Part shown: positions 59,015-64,000 of the stretch, piece after piece
Layout of the letters: every line of letters begins with the position of its first letter
Numbering within the stretch: position 1 is the stretch's first letter
NCBI GenBank assembly: GCA_021787435.1
Contig: JAJYLY010000008.1
Coordinates: 6,319 to 70,318, forward strand
Reading direction: 5' to 3'
Length of the DNA stretch: 64,000 nucleotides
Source: Pseudomonadota bacterium
GTDB taxonomy: Bacteria; Pseudomonadota; Gammaproteobacteria; Burkholderiales; Gallionellaceae
Notes under the pieces: model-generated
Seen by the model: the letters and a program-made list of their open reading frames with translations, nothing else
The model's database searches: none
Told to the model about the DNA's origin: nothing
Made by a program: the position numbers and the translations under genes

Positions 59015-61859
59015 TTACAAGAAAACACTGAACCTACCCGACACGCCGTTTCCGATGCGCGGCGACATGGCAAAACGCGAACCGCAGATGCTTCAGCGCT
59101 GGCATGCTTTGCAACGGTACCAGAAGATACGCAAAGCCAAACAGGGGCTGTCTAGGTTCATCCTGCACGATGGTCCGCCCTATGCGAACGGGGATATCCA
59201 CATCGGCCATGCGGTAAACAAGGTTCTCAAGGACATCATCATCAAGAGCAAAACGCTGTCAGGATTCGATGCGCCTTACGTGCCTGGCTGGGACTGTCAC
59301 GGCCTGCCGATCGAACTGCAGGTCGAGAAGATGCACGGCAAGTCGATTCCCGCAAAAGAATTCCGCGAGCTTTGCCGCACCTACGCCATAGAACAGATAG
59401 AACGCCAGAAAAAGGATTTCATGCGGCTGGGCGTTCTGGGCGACTGGGACCACCCCTATCTCACGATGGATTTCAGAACCGAGGCCGATATCATCCGCGC
59501 ACTAGGCGCTATCCATCAACACGGTTATCTATATCAGGGCTACAAACCCGTGAACTGGTGTCTAGACTGCCAGTCGGCACTGGCCGAGGCCGAAGTCGAA
59601 TACGAAGACAAAACCTCAAGCGCAATTGACGTGGCGTTCGAAGTCAAGGACCCGGAGGGCCTTGCACGCGCCTTTAATGTGTCGCTGCCGGGTTCGGCAA
59701 AAGCCTTTGCCGTGATCTGGACAACCACGCCTTGGACATTGCCTGCAAACCAAGCGGTGAGCGTACATCCGGAATTCGAATACACGCTTTGCAAAACCGC
59801 AAAAGGCTATCTGCTGCTCGCCTCAGAGCTCATGCAAAGTTGCCTTGAACGCTACCAGCTGGAAGGCGAGTCCATTAGCACCTGCAAAGGTGCCGCACTC
59901 GAGATGCTGCCCTTGCAACATCCGTTTCAGGATCGCATCGTGCCTGTCATCTGCGGCGAACACGTGACTCATGACTCCGGCACGGGCCTTGTGCATACAG
60001 CGCCTGCACATGGCCTTGATGATTATTTCGTCGGACAGAAATACCATTTGCCCACCGACAATCCTGTAGGCGACGACGGAAAATTTTTATCAACCGTGCC
60101 ACCCGTGAATGAGGTTGCACTGGCCGGCGTTTTCGTCTGGAAAGCAAACGATCTCATCATTCAATCGCTTCAACAAAATAGCCACATGCTTTGCCTGAAA
60201 AAGGTGCAGCACAGCTATCCGCATTGCTGGCGACACAAGACACCGATCATCTTCCGTTCCACACCGCAATGGTTCATCGGCATGGAAAACAGCGGACAGG
60301 AGTCAGAATATCCAAGGCAGAACATAGAGAATCTGGTGAATGAAAAACGTCACAACGGGCATGAGGAAATCACACTGCGCGACCTTGCAAACAAGGCGGT
60401 GGACGAAACCACTTTCTTCCCCGCATGGGGCCGCGCGAGGCTTGAGGCAATGATCAGAAACCGTCCTGACTGGTGCGTGTCTCGCCAGCGCAACTGGGGT
60501 GTTCCCATGCCCTTCTTCATGCACAAAGAGACCGGCGAATTGCATCCTGACACACCTGCACTGCTCGAACAAGCAGCGCTTCGGGTTGAACAGCAAGGCA
60601 TTGAAGCCTGGTTCAGCCTGGACCCAGAAGAGCTCCTGGGCATTGACGCCCGGTACTACAAAAAACTCACGCACACGCTGGACGTATGGTTCGATTCCGG
60701 CACGACACACGCCTCGGTTCTTGCGCGGCGCGATGAGCTGCGCATGCCTGCCGACCTGTATCTTGAAGGCTCAGATCAGCATCGCGGCTGGTTTCAGTCA
60801 TCGCTGCTCACAGGATGCGCGATCAACGGCAGAGCCCCCTACAACGCGCTATTGACACACGGTTTCGTGGTGGATGGCAACGGTCACAAGATGTCAAAAT
60901 CCAAGGGCAATGTGATCGCGCCGCAGAAGATCTTCGACACCTTGGGCGCTGACATCCTGCGCCTTTGGACCGCGTCGACCGACTACTCAGGCGAACTCAC
61001 GATTTCGGACGAAATATTAAAGCGCGTGGTGGAGAGTTACCGCCGCATCCGCAACACGCTGAAATTTCTGCTGGCCAATATCTCGGATTTCAACCTGGCG
61101 CGCGATGCTTTGCCTGTCGATCAATGGCTGACGATCGACCGCTATGCGCTTTACCTGACTCAAAAGCTGCAAAACGACGTGCGCGCTGATTTCGATCGCT
61201 ATGAATTCCATCTGGCCGTGCAAAAGCTGATGGGCTACTGTTCCGAAACCTTGGGCAGCTTCTATCTGGATATTCTGAAGGATCGCCTTTATACCGCAGG
61301 CGAAAATTCACGCGCGCGCCGCTCCGCGCAGAATGCGCTGCATCATGTGACTCATGTTCTGACAAGATTGATTTCGCCCATCTTAAGCTTCACCGGAGAA
61401 GAAGCCTGGACAATATTGAATGGTAAGGATGATGAGAGCGTGTTTGAAGGTCTGTGGCATGAACTGCCCGAATCAAACATGACAGGCGATGAAATCAGCG
61501 ACTGGCTAATTATCGAAGCCTGGCGCAACCGCGTCAACAAGCAGCTCGAGGAGGCACGTTCCGCTGGGCTGATCGGTTCGGCTCTCGCAGCCGAAGTGGA
61601 TGTCTTCGCATCGGGCAACGACTACGACATACTCGCGCGCCTGGGCTGCGACCTGCGCCTAGTGTTCATCACATCGCGCGCCACCTTGCATCGTGCGGCA
61701 GACGAATCCAGAGTAGATGTGTCCGCCAGCTTGCATGACAAATGCGAGCGCTGCTGGCATTACCGCGAAGATGTGGGCATCGATAAATCGCACCCCACCC
61801 TGTGCGGCCGTTGCGTGAGCAACCTGTATGGGGAAGGCGAGGATCGCCGCCATGCTTAG
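59007..61859 (+). CDS. ileS: isoleucine--tRNA ligase
   Basis: [24 protein letters not shown] motif ([13 protein letters not shown]), KMSKS (HKMSKSKGN), and a C-terminal zinc-finger CERCWHY...CGRC. Confidence 0.95.
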   Translation: MNDYKKTLNLPDTPFPMRGDMAKREPQMLQRWHALQRYQKIRKAKQGLSRFILHDGPPYANGDIHIGHAVNKVLKDIIIKSKTLSGFDAPYVPGWDCHGLPIELQVEKMHGKSIPAKEFRELCRTYAIEQIERQKKDFMRLGVLGDWDHPYLTMDFRTEADIIRALGAIHQHGYLYQGYKPVNWCLDCQSALAEAEVEYEDKTSSAIDVAFEVKDPEGLARAFNVSLPGSAKAFAVIWTTTPWTLPANQAVSVHPEFEYTLCKTAKGYLLLASELMQSCLERYQLEGESISTCKGAALEMLPLQHPFQDRIVPVICGEHVTHDSGTGLVHTAPAHGLDDYFVGQKYHLPTDNPVGDDGKFLSTVPPVNEVALAGVFVWKANDLIIQSLQQNSHMLCLKKVQHSYPHCWRHKTPIIFRSTPQWFIGMENSGQESEYPRQNIENLVNEKRHNGHEEITLRDLANKAVDETTFFPAWGRARLEAMIRNRPDWCVSRQRNWGVPMPFFMHKETGELHPDTPALLEQAALRVEQQGIEAWFSLDPEELLGIDARYYKKLTHTLDVWFDSGTTHASVLARRDELRMPADLYLEGSDQHRGWFQSSLLTGCAINGRAPYNALLTHGFVVDGNGHKMSKSKGNVIAPQKIFDTLGADILRLWTASTDYSGELTISDEILKRVVESYRRIRNTLKFLLANISDFNLARDALPVDQWLTIDRYALYLTQKLQNDVRADFDRYEFHLAVQKLMGYCSETLGSFYLDILKDRLYTAGENSRARRSAQNALHHVTHVLTRLISPILSFTGEEAWTILNGKDDESVFEGLWHELPESNMTGDEISDWLIIEAWRNRVNKQLEEARSAGLIGSALAAEVDVFASGNDYDILARLGCDLRLVFITSRATLHRAADESRVDVSASLHDKCERCWHYREDVGIDKSHPTLCGRCVSNLYGEGEDRRHA

Positions 61860-62328
61860 CCGCTGGCTCTCGCTTTCCGCATTAGTCATCTTGCTCGACC
61901 AGATCAGCAAGCTTTGGATCGTCAACCACTTTGCCAATCAGGAAAGCATGACGATCTTGAGCGTGTTTGATCTCACGCTGATGCACAACACAGGCGCTGC
62001 TTTCAGTTTCTTAAGCGACGCGGGCGGTATGCAGCGCTGGCTGTTCACCGCCATTGCGATCATCGCCTCGCTATCCATCGCATGGCTGCTGAAGAAACAT
62101 GAGACCGAAATTCTTTTTTCCTTTGCGCTCTCCCTGATCTTGGGCGGCGCTTTAGGCAACCTGATAGACCGCATCAACCACGGTTATGTGATCGACTTCC
62201 TGCTGTTCCACTGGAACGCACATTACTTTCCCGCCTTCAACCTTGCCGACTCCGCGATCACCTGCGGTGCAGGCATGCTGATCTGGCAAAGCCTCATGGA
62301 GAAAAAACATGGATCTGCTGTTAGCTAA
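61852..62328 (+). CDS. lspA: lipoprotein signal peptidase II
   Basis: [36 protein letters not shown] motifs. ATG 61852 overlaps the ileS stop. Confidence 0.85.
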   Translation: MLSRWLSLSALVILLDQISKLWIVNHFANQESMTILSVFDLTLMHNTGAAFSFLSDAGGMQRWLFTAIAIIASLSIAWLLKKHETEILFSFALSLILGGALGNLIDRINHGYVIDFLLFHWNAHYFPAFNLADSAITCGAGMLIWQSLMEKKHGSAVS

Positions 62329-63232
62329 CCCGCGCGGCTTTTGCGCCGGCGTGGACCGCGCGATCGAGATCGTTGAGCGAGCATTAAGGCTGCATGGCGC
62401 GCCAATTTATGTGCGCCATGAAGTCGTACACAACAAGTTCGTGGTGGACGACTTGCGCAATAAGGGAGCGATTTTTATCGAGGATCTAAACGACGTTCCT
62501 AAAGGCAGCATCCTGATCTTCAGCGCACACGGCGTATCCCAGGCAGTGCGCCGAAAAGCCGAGGCGCGCAATCTCACCATATTTGATGCAACCTGCCCGC
62601 TGGTCACCAAGGTGCATATCGAAGTCTCACGCCTGCGAAAGCAGGACAAGGAAATCATCATGATCGGCCACAAAGGACACCCGGAAGTGGAAGGCACGAT
62701 GGGCCAGGCAGACAGCGGCATGTACCTCGTAGAATCTCCCGATCAGGTAGCGGATCTTCGAGTGAAGGACGAAAAAAATCTGTCTTATGTCACCCAGACC
62801 ACGCTGTCCATGGATGACGCAAGCAACATCATCGCAGCACTCAAGAACCGCTTTCCGTTCATCACCGGACCTAGGAAAGACGACATCTGCTATGCAACAC
62901 AGAATCGCCAGGATGCTGTCAAACTACTGGTTGCAAAGTGCGATGCGGTTGTCGTGGTAGGCTCCCCCAACAGCTCAAATTCCAACCGGCTGCGTGAAGT
63001 GGCGGCAAACGTTGGCATTCCGGCATATCTGGTGGACGATGCAAACGGATTGGAAGCGACATGGTTCGTCGGAATGGAAAAGGTAGGCGTGACAGCCGGC
63101 GCATCCGCCCCCGAAGTGCTGGTACAGGGAGTGATTGCAAGATTGCAGGAGTTTGGTGCAGGGCATGTCACCGAATTGCAGGGCATCACCGAGAACGTGA
63201 CCTTCCCCTTACCCAAGGCATTGCAAATTTGA
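62309..63232 (+). CDS. ispH: 4-hydroxy-3-methylbut-2-enyl diphosphate reductase
   Basis: [40 protein letters not shown]. Confidence 0.95.
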   Translation: MDLLLANPRGFCAGVDRAIEIVERALRLHGAPIYVRHEVVHNKFVVDDLRNKGAIFIEDLNDVPKGSILIFSAHGVSQAVRRKAEARNLTIFDATCPLVTKVHIEVSRLRKQDKEIIMIGHKGHPEVEGTMGQADSGMYLVESPDQVADLRVKDEKNLSYVTQTTLSMDDASNIIAALKNRFPFITGPRKDDICYATQNRQDAVKLLVAKCDAVVVVGSPNSSNSNRLREVAANVGIPAYLVDDANGLEATWFVGMEKVGVTAGASAPEVLVQGVIARLQEFGAGHVTELQGITENVTFPLPKALQI

Positions 63233-64000
63233 AAACGGATTTTCTGATCATCGGCGGTGGCGCAATCGGTTTGAGCAGCGCGATCGTTTTGCTTGAAGCG
63301 GGTTTCAAAGTTGTCCTCATCGATCGCAGCTCAACAGGCACTGAAGCCTCCTGGGCAGGCGGCGGCATTCTGTCGCCGCTTTGTTCGTGGGATTACAGCG
63401 AGGCGGTCACGACTCTTGCCGGGCGCAGCATGGGCATGTTCGAAAGGACTGCTGCCATGCTGTTTGATGCCACAGGCATAGATACGGAATACCGGAAAAG
63501 CGGCATGCTGCTATTGCCGCCGTACCAGAATGAACGGGCAACTACATGGTGCAAAGCACATCAGGTTACTCTTAATCAAGTCAGGCTTGACGAGCATTTG
63601 CAAGGCATGCAAGGTGAAGGGCTGTTCATGCCGGACATCGCACAGGTGCGCAATCCAAGATTGCTACAGGCGCTGCGCCGCCGTGTCGAGATGCTTGGCG
63701 GAAAGATACTCGAGCAATATGAAGCACTGAACTTCGACATACAATACGACAAAATAGCTTCGTTGAAAACTTCAAAGGGCAGCTTGAGCGCGGATGCGTA
63801 CATCATGGCGGCAGGCGCATGGAGCAGTGCGCTGCTTGGAGAGCACGCGATGGGCATGGAGGTTCGCCCGATACGCGGCCAGATACTGCTGTTCAAATTC
63901 GATACGCCGCCCTTCTCCAACATCCTGCTCCAGGAAAATCTGTATTTCATCCCGCGCAAAGACGGACATGTGCTAGTCGGCAGCACGCTGGAAGATGCGG
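63229..64000 (+). CDS. FAD-dependent oxidoreductase, glycine oxidase ThiO-like (partial; runs off the window end)
   Basis: The frame from TTG 63229 stays open to 64000. It reads [33 protein letters not shown] (GxGxxG), ...[20 protein letters not shown]. It is not in the ORF track because no stop lies in the window. Confidence 0.7.
   Translation, partial: MKTDFLIIGGGAIGLSSAIVLLEAGFKVVLIDRSSTGTEASWAGGGILSPLCSWDYSEAVTTLAGRSMGMFERTAAMLFDATGIDTEYRKSGMLLLPPYQNERATTWCKAHQVTLNQVRLDEHLQGMQGEGLFMPDIAQVRNPRLLQALRRRVEMLGGKILEQYEALNFDIQYDKIASLKTSKGSLSADAYIMAAGAWSSALLGEHAMGMEVRPIRGQILLFKFDTPPFSNILLQENLYFIPRKDGHVLVGSTLEDA

Overview
This window reads as conserved chromosomal core of a chemolithoautotrophic betaproteobacterium. 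The divergent cbbR plus a five-gene cbbL-cbbS-cbbQ-cbbO-small-ORF operon without carboxysome genes, together with a membrane H+-pyrophosphatase, fit my recollection of Nitrosomonas-type ammonia oxidisers; that placement is inference only. About 60 protein genes are supportable. I recognised no rRNA, tRNA, CRISPR array, transposase, integrase or phage genes. Main blocks, in order: a sigma-54 activator; a broken SemiSWEET gene; an alpha/beta hydrolase followed by an ACP-KAS-RND operon; queG/tsaE/amidase; two FimV-N-domain paralogs; cysM; a polymyxin-resistance-type arn (L-Ara4N lipid A) locus split by an HD-GYP + ClC pair; a decayed GspE/PilB ATPase relic; xseA; exbBD-lpxK-kdsB-adk; hppA; the RuBisCO operon; purC-purE; mltD; a LapD-like c-di-GMP receptor; purA-hisZ-hflCKX-hfq; hypCD; a DsrC-like gene; stress proteins; and ribF-ileS-lspA-ispH. 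The items I rate most worth follow-up are: (1) an in-frame PurC::beta-carbonic-anhydrase fusion beside purE and about 0.4 kb from the RuBisCO operon; (2) a dedicated ACP + KAS translationally coupled to a lone RND permease, preceded by an esterase-fold protein whose nucleophile Ser is Cys; (3) two homologous palindromic elements at cistron junctions of the arn operon; (4) an isolated hypC-hypD pair next to a DsrC-family protein lacking its arm cysteine; (5) a tight triad of DnaA boxes; (6) a secretion-ATPase relic with an in-frame P-loop deletion whose disruptions are mostly amber codons. All functional calls come from reading the translated ORFs against family motifs from memory. No database search was possible.
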